56,405 bases of DNA, from positions 1 to 56,405 of the IMG/VR virus record IMGVR_UViG_3300017751_000019. One strand, given 5' to 3'. Shown here piece after piece: positions 47,061 to 56,115 of this stretch. Origin of the DNA: a virus. Taxonomy: Duplodnaviria; Caudoviricetes. A program made the position numbers and the translations under genes. Position 1 is the first letter of the stretch. Every line of letters starts with the position of its first letter. The notes beneath the pieces were generated by a model. The model was given only the letters and a program-made list of their open reading frames with translations. It ran no database searches and had not been told where the DNA came from.

Positions 47061-48608
47061 TTAGCTACTTAAAATACTGATGGCTAATGTAATCTCCAGA
47101 GTATTAAGACTGCTTGCGTTCGTAATATCGAACCCAATCAGTTTTGACGATGAGGTTGAATCAATCTCTTGCGGCGTGGACAAGACGACCTCCAATCCTG
47201 AAGAGGTTACAGAGTGAGTCGAACCAACAGCCACACCATTCACCGTTATCTGAACAACACCTGTGCCAGATGCGCACTGCAAACTGATTGCATCAACCTG
47301 AATTTTTTGCCTGTAAACTCTTTTGATCGGGACGTTGCCGTTTGAGTTACTGCCAGCACTCTTTAAATATATGCTGTCAGATGCCAACACGGTGGGTAAC
47401 TGAGCCGCTGGTAATCGGCCAGTGCTATCCAGTGTTGCTACTCCGTTGGCCGCACCTTTCTGTGTAACCGGGACAACTGCGGTGTAATCAATATCCGCGT
47501 ATGCCAGAGCAGTACCTGTAGCGTTTACCTTTACAAACTGACCCGCATTCGCGGCGGCAAAGGTAGGTAGTGAGCTTTCTGGGGCAGTCTCTAGCCAAGC
47601 TGTTCCTGTATAAAACTTGAGTCGGTTAGGTGTACCTGAAGTATCCATCCACAAGTCACCGCTCGCTGGCGTTGATGGTGTGGACGAACTAACAGTGAGC
47701 TTAGCTGCTGTTGCAATATGAGCCACAAGGCCAGCGACTTTTGCTTGGGTAATATCCCCATCAGCTATTTGCAAATTGCTGTAGAGAATCTTTCCTGTAG
47801 CTGTGTCAGTGAAGTTAGCTTCTGTCATTAGGCCAGTGACTACGTTAGTCTCTGTGCTCTCAACAGTAATGATGGATACGACATTGCCGGAAGCTACTGT
47901 GCTAGTAAATGTTACTGTGTCAGTTGCCGCGCTAGTCACATAATCATTTGCACCGCCTGATCTTTGCAGGATGCCGTTCTTGTATACCTGAAGAACTGTT
48001 GACTCATCGTGGACAAACGGGAATACAGTTTGGTTCGCCGTGGTCGTAATATCTGAACGAGTAAAGCCAGTGATGGCAGTTGCTCGTATTTTGTAGATGG
48101 TCACAACGGCCCCAGCAGACTGACCTGAGTTGAAGGTGACCGTGTTCGCTGCGCTACTCTTTTGATAGTCGGCTGACGCGCCTTCGACCTTGAGTACACC
48201 GCTAACATAAACCAGCAGTTCGTCCGAACTATCAAAAGCGTAGTTAAACACCGTTTGACTGCCAGTGGCCGTCGTGTCTTGTCTGCTGTAAAGAATCGGA
48301 GCACCAATCTCACTCACTACAGTGCCTGCCGCTCCACGGAGTTCGGCGAGGGTTGCTAGGTTTGCCCAGCCAGTGTCTTGAGATGTGTAGGTTCCTACGC
48401 GGTATTGCAGACCATTAGAGCTGTCATTACGTAGCTCGATTGGCCCCTGCCAAATTCCGTCAGCAGTGAACAGGGTAGAAAGAAGCTCACCGAGCGTCTT
48501 GTCACCTAGTTCAGCAGAGTTCAAGTAACGTATTACGTTCTCGAATTCCGCGTTTATGTTCTGTGATGCAACATAATTTTGTGAGTTTTGTTGTCTAAGC
48601 CGTGCCAT
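47061..48608 (-). CDS. Tail fibre/spike-like structural protein
   Basis: Two QTVF..VY..G.L..DY..TVTF repeats, GDLWMDTS module, KGAANGVATLDSTGRLPAAQLP fibre motif. Confidence 0.75.
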   Translation of the reverse strand: MARLRQQNSQNYVASQNINAEFENVIRYLNSAELGDKTLGELLSTLFTADGIWQGPIELRNDSSNGLQYRVGTYTSQDTGWANLATLAELRGAAGTVVSEIGAPILYSRQDTTATGSQTVFNYAFDSSDELLVYVSGVLKVEGASADYQKSSAANTVTFNSGQSAGAVVTIYKIRATAITGFTRSDITTTANQTVFPFVHDESTVLQVYKNGILQRSGGANDYVTSAATDTVTFTSTVASGNVVSIITVESTETNVVTGLMTEANFTDTATGKILYSNLQIADGDITQAKVAGLVAHIATAAKLTVSSSTPSTPASGDLWMDTSGTPNRLKFYTGTAWLETAPESSLPTFAAANAGQFVKVNATGTALAYADIDYTAVVPVTQKGAANGVATLDSTGRLPAAQLPTVLASDSIYLKSAGSNSNGNVPIKRVYRQKIQVDAISLQCASGTGVVQITVNGVAVGSTHSVTSSGLEVVLSTPQEIDSTSSSKLIGFDITNASSLNTLEITLAISILSS

Positions 48609-48609
48609 T

Positions 48610-50097
48610 TTACTTCCTCAGTATCACGCCAATGCCAATAATTCTGCATAACCCCTTACCATTTATGGTCAATCGGTACTGGGCAGCTCTGTATCGCATC
48701 TCTAGTTTTCTTTCGTATTGACGTGATAATGGGACATCAGGGAAGTAGTTGTCGTCCGCGCTATCGCTAATCTCGAATGACAAACTCCCTATCGTTCTAC
48801 CCACGTCATCTATTACCTCTAGCGTCGCGCTACCTGATCCATCTGCTTGAATGATCAGAGAGTTCACTGTCTTTGTCTCAGTGAAACTGCCGTGCCAGAG
48901 AACGGGTGTCGTGACGACCATCTCTGGATGGACGTCACTTTCTTCCTCAATTTTGGCTATATCGTAAATGCCGCCAGAGCTTCCATAGACAAGTCGTCCG
49001 CCTTGGAATGATCCGCATCTTGCGTTCAGGAATGTTCCTTCCGACCATTTGGGCTTGCCTTCAGGGGTTACTGTCAGCGTTAAGCGTTTAGACAGAACGC
49101 CGCCTTTTTGAGGAAAGAATATGTGGTACTGACTCATGTCAGGATCATAGGTTGCGGTAATGTCTTCAGGAGACTCGACACTCGCGATTAACTCGCGATA
49201 CTTAATGTCTATCTTTTCTGATAGCTCTGTTCCCTCGATGGTTATACCGTTGTCCACGGATCGACGAAGACTGTGGACGCCAGATCGAGAGCAGAACAAG
49301 ATGTCGCTACCTGCACGAGTTATGGTCGCATGGCTCACGCAACCTACGTTGATACTTGCCTTATCATCGAGCGCCCATAAATCAATGTTGGCGTCTATGG
49401 CGTAGATAAGTACTCGGTCAGAGGTGAAAACCGCCAAGCGAGTTTGCTCAAACTTAGCCAGACCAGTGATCACTTCTGATGTGCCTAATTGGTTTGATAC
49501 GTCTATCGCGCCAGCACGTAGTACGCTATTACTGTCAAGCGGCTCGTCCCCGGGGAATATTCCATCGTCGTCCACACGGGACAGAAATATCTGAGTCTCT
49601 CTGCCAGATACGCCTGCAACACAGAATCGCCTAGCAACAGATGCGGCGAAGGATGGTCTAAGCTCGTTTAGGTCTGGGCTTCCGTTTGGGGTGTACTTGA
49701 TACCGTCATACGAAATCGACTGAGAACCAGAGCTGAAGAAGTGAACCTTTCTGTTAAAGACCGCCGAAGTTACATTGGAGCCAGAAGGGAAAGCGTTCGT
49801 ATACCTGTGGTCGTCCTCGCTCACAAGGTTTATGCCTGCGCCATCCTGCTCTGCGTAAACAACATTTGCGGCAGAATAAAAATTGACGTTTAGGATTGGG
49901 TGCTCACCCTGAACTAACTTAGCTCCCGGGTCTCTGACTATCTGTCCCCGCCAATCACAGAACGCATTGGTTACCTGCGCAAGATGCTGGCCCTTGCCCG
50001 TATCTAGTGAGGTTGTGTCTCTGGAGACGTCGAGACCCTGAAAGCCGTCATAGCCAACAGTCTTGGTTTGAACTCCTGTTGGAGCTTTAGTCGCCAT
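48610..50097 (-). CDS. Tail nozzle / tubular protein B-like
   Basis: 495 aa, beta-rich; FQGLD start, GEV/ITGL-type and VGCVSHATI, ELSEKID motifs; follows the adaptor gene. Confidence 0.75.
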   Translation of the reverse strand: MATKAPTGVQTKTVGYDGFQGLDVSRDTTSLDTGKGQHLAQVTNAFCDWRGQIVRDPGAKLVQGEHPILNVNFYSAANVVYAEQDGAGINLVSEDDHRYTNAFPSGSNVTSAVFNRKVHFFSSGSQSISYDGIKYTPNGSPDLNELRPSFAASVARRFCVAGVSGRETQIFLSRVDDDGIFPGDEPLDSNSVLRAGAIDVSNQLGTSEVITGLAKFEQTRLAVFTSDRVLIYAIDANIDLWALDDKASINVGCVSHATITRAGSDILFCSRSGVHSLRRSVDNGITIEGTELSEKIDIKYRELIASVESPEDITATYDPDMSQYHIFFPQKGGVLSKRLTLTVTPEGKPKWSEGTFLNARCGSFQGGRLVYGSSGGIYDIAKIEEESDVHPEMVVTTPVLWHGSFTETKTVNSLIIQADGSGSATLEVIDDVGRTIGSLSFEISDSADDNYFPDVPLSRQYERKLEMRYRAAQYRLTINGKGLCRIIGIGVILRK

Positions 50098-50564
50098 CAG
50101 TAGGTCACTGTTCCATTTATAGTGCTTGTGGACTTGGCTGTGTAGTTACGCTTATTAGTGCCGTTGTCCATGACACGCATCTGAATAGGTGTGTTTCCGT
50201 TCTTCAGTCGCCAGAGTTCTTGGCTGATCGTTCTGATAAAGAAGGAACCATACTGTTGTGACTTTTCAGATGCTTGTTGTGTCGCGTAGTGATAGAGCAA
50301 GCCAGCGATCATGATCGTGTCAGGAATAGGGCGGGTCTCACTCAGATGCTCATAGTAGTTGAGTTCGTTTGTTGCATCCCAGTAGGGGTGCATGCGCACT
50401 TCATCAATAACCATATTGGCAAACTCGATGAACATTAAGACCGCATCACCAGATAATGTCCCGGGCGAGAAGTCACCAAATCGGCGAACAGCTTGCATGG
50501 CCATCGTCTCAAGCGGTGAGTTCTTGTCGGCTACATGGGGATTGGTGTTGCTGGTCTCTGCCAT
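50097..50564 (-). CDS. Putative head-tail adaptor / tubular protein A
   Basis: 155 aa, helical; lies between the capsid and nozzle genes. Confidence 0.55.
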   Translation of the reverse strand: MAETSNTNPHVADKNSPLETMAMQAVRRFGDFSPGTLSGDAVLMFIEFANMVIDEVRMHPYWDATNELNYYEHLSETRPIPDTIMIAGLLYHYATQQASEKSQQYGSFFIRTISQELWRLKNGNTPIQMRVMDNGTNKRNYTAKSTSTINGTVTY

Positions 50565-50565
50565 C

Positions 50566-50820
50566 TTAGTCTACCTCTATGACTCGCCCTGTCTGAACGA
50601 AGTGGTGGCGACGAACAAACACTGCGTCCTCCTGAGAGAACTCCCAGACTAATCGTCCGCCGGGTTCTAGTGAGGCGTAGTTGTCGCGAATACTGAATTG
50701 AGTAGGCTCTATCTCTTTAGATTGAAACCAAACTGTCTCAGGAGCCTTCGGTGTAGCAGGAGCTTTTGCTTCAGCCTTAACTTTCTTCGCCTTTGGTTTA
50801 GCGGTTACTTTACTTTCCAT
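50566..50820 (-). CDS. Hypothetical protein with K/A/P-rich N-terminus
   Basis: GGAG SD before ATG 50820. Confidence 0.7.
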   Translation of the reverse strand: MESKVTAKPKAKKVKAEAKAPATPKAPETVWFQSKEIEPTQFSIRDNYASLEPGGRLVWEFSQEDAVFVRRHHFVQTGRVIEVD

Positions 50821-50832
50821 TATCGTCTCCAT

Positions 50833-50863
50833 AAAAAAAGGGTAGCAGGTTGCCCTACTACCC
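50833..50863 (-). terminator. Intrinsic terminator after the major capsid gene
   Basis: GGGTAGTAGG-GCAA-CCTGCTACCC-TTTTTTT. Confidence 0.9.
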
Positions 50864-50865
50864 CT

Positions 50866-50896
50866 AATTTACGCTTCAAGAAGCGACTGGTCGTCC
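50866..50896 (-). promoter_or_regulatory. Late promoter motif upstream of the tail genes
   Basis: GGACGAC-N18-TAAATT, immediately after the capsid stop codon. Confidence 0.7.
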
Positions 50897-50898
50897 GC

Positions 50899-52071
50899 TT
50901 ATGCGTTGCTTGACCAGTTCTTGATGTAGCAATGAGTCTTATCCTGAAGCATCTCCAGACCACACTCGGTCAGATACTCGTGGATAGAACCATCAACACC
51001 GTTGCCCTGACGGTTCTCATACAGAGCAGTATCACGACCTTCTAGGTGGCGGTACTTCAAGTATGGGAAGTCAACAACAATCATTGCGTTGTCCATGCCC
51101 GGAACCTGACGGAACTGCGGGTGGAGGTGAACCATAAGGTCACCAGCAAAAGTGTTATAGCGAGTCAGGTTCACACCGTATGCACCTTCAACACTCTCTG
51201 GACGCCAGCGAGACTTACCGAACTCCTGCAAGTGAGCAGCTACTTTGTAGCCAACAAATGCAATCTTCTCTCGTGAACCATACTTGAATACAGTCTTGAT
51301 GAGTTCTTCATCAAACTGAGCTTCGTTCATGGTGCCGTCGCCATCGATGTCGCTTGCAACGTCGATAACGCTTGAGATAGAAGTGGTAAGACCACCAGTG
51401 TAACGACGAGGAGCCGCAGAAGAAGCACTCTCTTCAGCTTTGATGCCGAACAACATAGCGCGTTCGATGTCGCTCATGTGAAGTTTCAGCGCCTTAGTCA
51501 TCGCTTCGTCTTCTTTATCGCCAGTACGCAGATAGGTTGACTTCAGAGTGTTAGACACACCGAAGGCAGTACGGAAAATCTGAGTGTAGTTAGACGCTAC
51601 AGTTGCATCAAACGAGATAGCCGTACCGACATCTTGGTTTTCAGCAGCAGCAAAGCCAGCTACAAACAGTGGTGCGTTGTCCGCGATTTGGTGAGCAGTT
51701 CCGCCGATGTTACGCACAACAGTTACAGTTGTAGCAGTAGTATCAGCAGAGACTCGCATCACTTCACCAGTCTGGCTGTTCACAAGGATAGCGCCAGCAA
51801 CGGCGTACTTGTTATCAGCAGAAGCATCTACAGTGATTGAAGTTGTGCTTGTTGAAGCAACAGCACCATTCACTTGCAGTTTGCGATCTGGCAGTTCGTC
51901 ACGAAAGTTCTTGTACTCAGGATCGTCAGTAGCTTCTGATGAACCCATAGAAAGCAGAGCGTTTAACGGTGCATTACCGTTTGGCTCTAGTAGCGTGAAT
52001 AATTCACGATAGTTTTTGGGGCGAAAGTCACTTGAGAACTCTCCAGTACCCCGTACACCTTGAATAGCCAT
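50899..52071 (-). CDS. Major capsid protein (DUF5309/SU10-like)
   Basis: 390 aa; NYTQIFRTAFGVSNT, KLHMSDIERAMLFG, RYTGGL, EYLTECGLE; strong SD and a downstream terminator. Confidence 0.9.
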   Translation of the reverse strand: MAIQGVRGTGEFSSDFRPKNYRELFTLLEPNGNAPLNALLSMGSSEATDDPEYKNFRDELPDRKLQVNGAVASTSTTSITVDASADNKYAVAGAILVNSQTGEVMRVSADTTATTVTVVRNIGGTAHQIADNAPLFVAGFAAAENQDVGTAISFDATVASNYTQIFRTAFGVSNTLKSTYLRTGDKEDEAMTKALKLHMSDIERAMLFGIKAEESASSAAPRRYTGGLTTSISSVIDVASDIDGDGTMNEAQFDEELIKTVFKYGSREKIAFVGYKVAAHLQEFGKSRWRPESVEGAYGVNLTRYNTFAGDLMVHLHPQFRQVPGMDNAMIVVDFPYLKYRHLEGRDTALYENRQGNGVDGSIHEYLTECGLEMLQDKTHCYIKNWSSNA

Positions 52072-52209
52072 GATAAGTTTCCTCTTATAGGCAAAAGTTT
52101 ACGAAAATAGTTTGGTGAGTTACTGCGCCTTGTGAGGAATTACCGTCCCAAAAGGAATGTACTCGGGTATATCTGTGTTGCAAAAAGGGGCCGTAGCGCC
52201 TGTGATTTA

Positions 52210-52241
52210 ATAATATGACTTATGGGATATACCCATCGTCC
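52210..52241 (-). promoter_or_regulatory. Late promoter motif upstream of the capsid gene
   Basis: GGACGAT-N19-TATTAT. Confidence 0.65.
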
Positions 52242-52249
52242 CTGTTTGC

Positions 52250-52275
52250 AAAAAAAAGGCTCCCGATTGGGAGCC
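52250..52275 (-). terminator. Intrinsic terminator after the scaffold gene
   Basis: GGCTCCC-AATC-GGGAGCC-TTTTTTTT. Confidence 0.9.
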
Positions 52276-52297
52276 CTTCCTGTGGTGCTTAGTGCTA

Positions 52298-53308
52298 CTA
52301 GCCTTTGTTCATCGCCGCAGAAGTTAAGCGGTCTAAGGTGGTTGCTTCAGGATTTGCAGAACCATCTGCTCCGCTACCCATAGGAGTCTGAGCTACAGTG
52401 CCAGTGAATGACTGTCTGCGTGCATTGATCTCTTTGAGTCGCTCCATCTCAGGAGAAGCCATGTTGTTTTTAAAATCGTTCATTACGTTAGCGGTCAAGC
52501 GGAGATCAACAAAGTCGTCCTCCGTGTATCCACGCTCGTAAGCAAAGATTCTAAAGTCTTCTGCCTGCTCATCCGATAAGCCAGTGGCTTGAGCCGCTTT
52601 ATCTAGGTTGTTGGCAATCGCTTGCTTGATAGCCTGACCCTTCATGTCTTGAGCTTCGAGACCTTGCTGAACAGCTTGGTTAGCGTTACCTTCGGATTGT
52701 CTCAGGACTTGACCTAGCATCTGCTGAAGCTGGGTCATGTTAGCGCCCATCTTGTTCATCATGTCAGCTTGCTCTCTGAATCCCGGTGGAAGCGAAACAG
52801 CGTTGTCTTCTTCCCATTGGGCCAGAGCATCCATTGACGTCTCAGCTTTGGCTTGGACGTTTGTCTTGCCGTCAGTGTCGCCCATCTGTGCATTCGTCTC
52901 GTTAGCCTTCAAGAGATTTAACAGTTGGCGTGCGGCGTCATCAGGACTTTTAGCAACACCGTTTTTGATTGCGGCTTCAACTACTCTGTTAAGGTTAGAG
53001 TTCTGAGCCTGCTTGTGATTGACATCACGGTAACGCTTAAAAGTTTCCGAGATTTGCTTCGGGCTCAGCTTTCGCATATCGCCGTCACCAAAGTCGATCT
53101 CGTAGAGAATCGCGTCTGCATCCATACGATCACCTTCTGTTTTTGGTGATCCGTCAGCAACAGCTTTCTCTTGGTCAGTGGGTACTTCAGGAGCTTTTTC
53201 AGCGGCCTGTTGAGGCACTGGTTGCTCTGGTACTTGTGGTTGGACACCCATTTGTTGCGATGCCACTCGGTCTATCATTGCACTTGGGTCTATCGGTTGG
53301 TCAGCCAT
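52298..53308 (-). CDS. Putative scaffolding protein
   Basis: 336 aa, acidic, Q-rich and helical; directly upstream of the capsid gene. Confidence 0.65.
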   Translation of the reverse strand: MADQPIDPSAMIDRVASQQMGVQPQVPEQPVPQQAAEKAPEVPTDQEKAVADGSPKTEGDRMDADAILYEIDFGDGDMRKLSPKQISETFKRYRDVNHKQAQNSNLNRVVEAAIKNGVAKSPDDAARQLLNLLKANETNAQMGDTDGKTNVQAKAETSMDALAQWEEDNAVSLPPGFREQADMMNKMGANMTQLQQMLGQVLRQSEGNANQAVQQGLEAQDMKGQAIKQAIANNLDKAAQATGLSDEQAEDFRIFAYERGYTEDDFVDLRLTANVMNDFKNNMASPEMERLKEINARRQSFTGTVAQTPMGSGADGSANPEATTLDRLTSAAMNKG

Positions 53309-53311
53309 TTC

Positions 53312-53632
53312 TTATTCCTCTCCCGGCCTTGGCGGGGATTTAGTTAGTATGTCGAAAGAAGCCTGAGCTTCGTCCGGCAGGTTTGCTGCCTCAAGTGCTA
53401 TGGCGCTCTCCAGATGTGCTGTGAGTCGCTCAGGTAGATCAAGAAGCTGTTTTGCGGCCCAGATTGAGCCACGACGAAAGTGCATCTCTTCAACTGACAT
53501 GTTTGCATTAGTTGCCATGCCAAGAGCTGCACCGACGATCTCTTTCTCCATGACCTCTTCGATGTAAGTCCATCCGCGAGAGGTCTTGAGTGTTGCTAGT
53601 CCCTTATGAAGGGTTTCATGTTTACGTGACAT
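53312..53632 (-). CDS. Hypothetical protein preceding the scaffold gene
   Basis: L..L..SRGW..I..FRRG motif as in small podovirus proteins found before scaffold genes. Confidence 0.65.
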   Translation of the reverse strand: MSRKHETLHKGLATLKTSRGWTYIEEVMEKEIVGAALGMATNANMSVEEMHFRRGSIWAAKQLLDLPERLTAHLESAIALEAANLPDEAQASFDILTKSPPRPGEE

Positions 53633-53651
53633 TTAATTAACCTTAGAGTTT

Positions 53652-53762
53652 TTACTTGCGGCCCTTACCTCTGCCGCCCATTACTGGCTTAAACTTTTTG
53701 CTCGCGCTGGGCTTCTTCTTACTTCCAGCGTTCTTAGTTACTCTCTTGCGTCCCATTGCCAT
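53652..53762 (-). CDS. Very basic 36-aa peptide (not in ORF track)
   Basis: MAMGRKRVTKNAGSKKKPSASKKFKPVMGGRGKGRK; GAGG SD; fills the intergenic gap. Confidence 0.6.
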   Translation of the reverse strand: MAMGRKRVTKNAGSKKKPSASKKFKPVMGGRGKGRK

Positions 53763-54291
53763 TGTCGTATTCCTCTCTTGCTAGTCTTCGTTTAAGTAGG
53801 TGCTCAATCTCTTCTGGGTGAGCACGTAGGTAGTACCTCTTAGCCTCAAGCTGTCTGCTTGCATCATCAAGCTCGGTTAGCCTCTGAATGAATATCAAGG
53901 CATAAGGCTCATCGACGAGAGGCGTACATTCCTCTTCATCATCTATAAATTCTGGGTCGGGGTCGTCCGGGTGAAAGCCAATAAACCAGAGGTTACGCCG
54001 GGAAAACTTTTTCTCGGAGTTCAGCCTGTCCAAGTCCTCGTGCATTTCTTTTGCTGTCATCGACGGGCTTAACTCGTAGTGGATGACAATGCTTTTGTCC
54101 TTGGGGAAATTTCTTGATGTTCTCTGTATGTTTGAGTAGCCCCAACCAAAACCGCTTTCAATGTCTACTTTGTCTGAGACAATAGCTTTCGATGCGTAAG
54201 GGCAGGCAGGCATACCAGAGAATTGAGGGTGGACGGTGGACAAAGCATTAACTGCCCAGACACGAAGTTCCTCGCGGATTAAATCTTTCAT
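53734..54291 (-). CDS. DUF1415-like protein
   Basis: CPYASKA, GFHPDDP, PYALIFIQRL motifs. Confidence 0.6.
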   Translation of the reverse strand: MKDLIREELRVWAVNALSTVHPQFSGMPACPYASKAIVSDKVDIESGFGWGYSNIQRTSRNFPKDKSIVIHYELSPSMTAKEMHEDLDRLNSEKKFSRRNLWFIGFHPDDPDPEFIDDEEECTPLVDEPYALIFIQRLTELDDASRQLEAKRYYLRAHPEEIEHLLKRRLAREEYDNGNGTQESN

Positions 54292-54542
54292 TCGCCTGTG
54301 GTGTAGACGTTTACTGCCAGAGCAGTGGCAATAGCGGCCAGAACAAGCGTTGTTAAAAACTTAGCGACTGTCTGGCCAACGGCCTTTTTTACTTCTCGCC
54401 ACCCATCGAGAAGGTCTCTCAGCTCATGTACGTCATGAATAGCTTCTTCATCAGAAAGGCCAACGTCGGCAAGCGCCTTCTTTGCGCCTTTCTCCGCTGC
54501 CGCTTCAAGCATTAACTTGAATTCTTCTGATTTTATATCCAT
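54288..54542 (-). CDS. DUF6127-like small membrane protein
   Basis: LEAAAEKGAKKALADVGL.D..A..D..ELRDLLD.WR plus a C-terminal TM helix. Confidence 0.65.
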   Translation of the reverse strand: MDIKSEEFKLMLEAAAEKGAKKALADVGLSDEEAIHDVHELRDLLDGWREVKKAVGQTVAKFLTTLVLAAIATALAVNVYTTGE

Positions 54543-54547
54543 AGCAG

Positions 54548-54579
54548 ATTGTCGCTTTAGGGTTACAGGGTTGTCGTCC
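54548..54579 (-). promoter_or_regulatory. Late promoter motif upstream of the head operon
   Basis: GGACGAC-N19-GACAAT; the ATG follows 5 nt later and has no SD. Confidence 0.65.
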
Positions 54580-55124
54580 TACTTTAATTGGGGGCCGATA
54601 AACCAAGTCACGATGCTGTGGCGTGTACCTGATGTAACGGGAGTCACTTGGTGCATTCTGAATGAGGGAAATACCAGTATTGATCCTTGCTCTTTAAATC
54701 CCTCTACAGTCTCCCCTTCACCGTCCTCGTTGATGAAGTGAAACTCTCCACCCTCATAGTCTTCGGGTTTGTTTAGCTGAATTACTATGCTCAATTTGCG
54801 CATACCGTCAGCGAGGGCGAAGGTATCCATGTGAGGCTTGTAGTGTTCGCCAATGCCATAGCGAGTGAATTGAATGCCGTCTTGTCCAGTAGCATCAAAC
54901 TGCCATGCTTGTTCGTTGGCCAGCTTGCCGTACATGTTTGTGATTGCGCTAATCCAGTGGATAGGTGGAACCCAGCCGACCTTTGAGCGACGAACATCCT
55001 CGTTGACTTCTCCGCCAGCAATACCGTCCTCCAGCTTCTGAGAGTTCCCGCAGTCTATGATGAGGTCGCAAAGACCCTTGTCTAACTCACCAGTCCAGAG
55101 CCAGTACTCAGGGTCTAGGATCAT
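54579..55124 (-). CDS. 2OG-Fe(II) oxygenase, prolyl-4-hydroxylase/PKHD type
   Basis: QFTRY..GEHYKPHMD, RKLSIVIQLN.PEDYEGGEF, GSILVFPSF..HQVTPVTSGTRHSIVTW. Confidence 0.9.
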   Translation of the reverse strand: MILDPEYWLWTGELDKGLCDLIIDCGNSQKLEDGIAGGEVNEDVRRSKVGWVPPIHWISAITNMYGKLANEQAWQFDATGQDGIQFTRYGIGEHYKPHMDTFALADGMRKLSIVIQLNKPEDYEGGEFHFINEDGEGETVEGFKEQGSILVFPSFRMHQVTPVTSGTRHSIVTWFIGPQLK

Positions 55125-55849
55125 TTGTAGACGAGCGCGACGATGGTGTCACCGTGGGCGGTGAACGTGGCTTCATCCGAGCGTAGCTCGATAAAATCTT
55201 TTGCATTAAACGAAGAGCCAGAAATGTCAGCGCCTGCATGAATTGGAATGATAAGACAGTGGTCTCCTCGTTTTTCTATAGTGATGGTTTCCCCCGCTCG
55301 GACAGGACGAACTAGGCGGCTCCAATTTGGTTCGTCATTAGGTAGGTCTTGAGGCATTAGGCAGTGCAGTGAAGCCCCTGATTGAAGCACCTCAAAGCCA
55401 AGCGATCTTTCATAAGGCTGGTAAGACCATTTAGTTGGTTGCCAGTCTGTTTGATCCCAGTATCTTGAGCCATCAATGTAGGCGTGAACCTTCATCTCCT
55501 CACTATCAAAAACAAAACGGGTCACAAAGAAAGGCTCTGTTCCTTCCATTGCACTTTGAACTTCTGCCATATCAGCTTCTGGTTCACAGTGAGATGTGTA
55601 ACAAAGGTGCTCACCTGAAGGGACATTAGGGCTGATGGTCGCAAAACACCAAGGCCATCGAGAGTGATATACATGGTCAGTGTCATCATGCTTTACGCTT
55701 GTAGACCTATCAAAGAAAGTTGTTAGTTCTTTTGCGGTGTAGCTCAGCGTCTTGCCAGCAGGCATATCGAGAGACTCGCTTAAAGTAAAGACACCATTTT
55801 TAAGGAGGAGGGGGAAGGCGTGCTCTGAAAGCAAGTCTCTATCTGACAT
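55121..55849 (-). CDS. Hypothetical protein
   Basis: 242 aa, overlaps both neighbours; beta-rich C-terminus. Confidence 0.7.
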   Translation of the reverse strand: MSDRDLLSEHAFPLLLKNGVFTLSESLDMPAGKTLSYTAKELTTFFDRSTSVKHDDTDHVYHSRWPWCFATISPNVPSGEHLCYTSHCEPEADMAEVQSAMEGTEPFFVTRFVFDSEEMKVHAYIDGSRYWDQTDWQPTKWSYQPYERSLGFEVLQSGASLHCLMPQDLPNDEPNWSRLVRPVRAGETITIEKRGDHCLIIPIHAGADISGSSFNAKDFIELRSDEATFTAHGDTIVALVYK

Positions 55850-56115
55850 TAGACTACTCCAGTCGTGATCTGAGCATCTCCAGAGTAACCAATAAGGTCA
55901 TCAACATTGTCAGGGACTGGCGGGATAATTTCTGGGGATTCAACGTCTCGTATTGCAACTTCAATAGCTAGTTTTGTACGGGCAGAATCTATCGAGTTGC
56001 CAGACTTTATGACAGGAACAAGTATTTTTTTGGTCGTTCCTGCAACTGGATAGGTTACAAGGTACTCCATTGTGTCTGCATCGTATGCAGCGATTCTGTA
56101 GCTGATAGAACTCAT
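55849..56115 (-). CDS. Hypothetical protein, 88 aa
   Basis: ATGA-coupled start; homolog of the ORF at 1..99. Confidence 0.75.
   Translation of the reverse strand: MSSISYRIAAYDADTMEYLVTYPVAGTTKKILVPVIKSGNSIDSARTKLAIEVAIRDVESPEIIPPVPDNVDDLIGYSGDAQITTGVV

Noticed and set aside
31972-53968. Other GGACGAC hits inside genes (e.g. near 32151, 33398, 33817, 39296, 46866, 48993, 49567, 49810, 52513)
   Set aside because: The heptamer arises readily from Asp-Asp or Gly-Arg codons and these hits lack the spaced NANNNT. Hits near 31972, 48751 and 53962 do fit but could be chance, so they were not counted.
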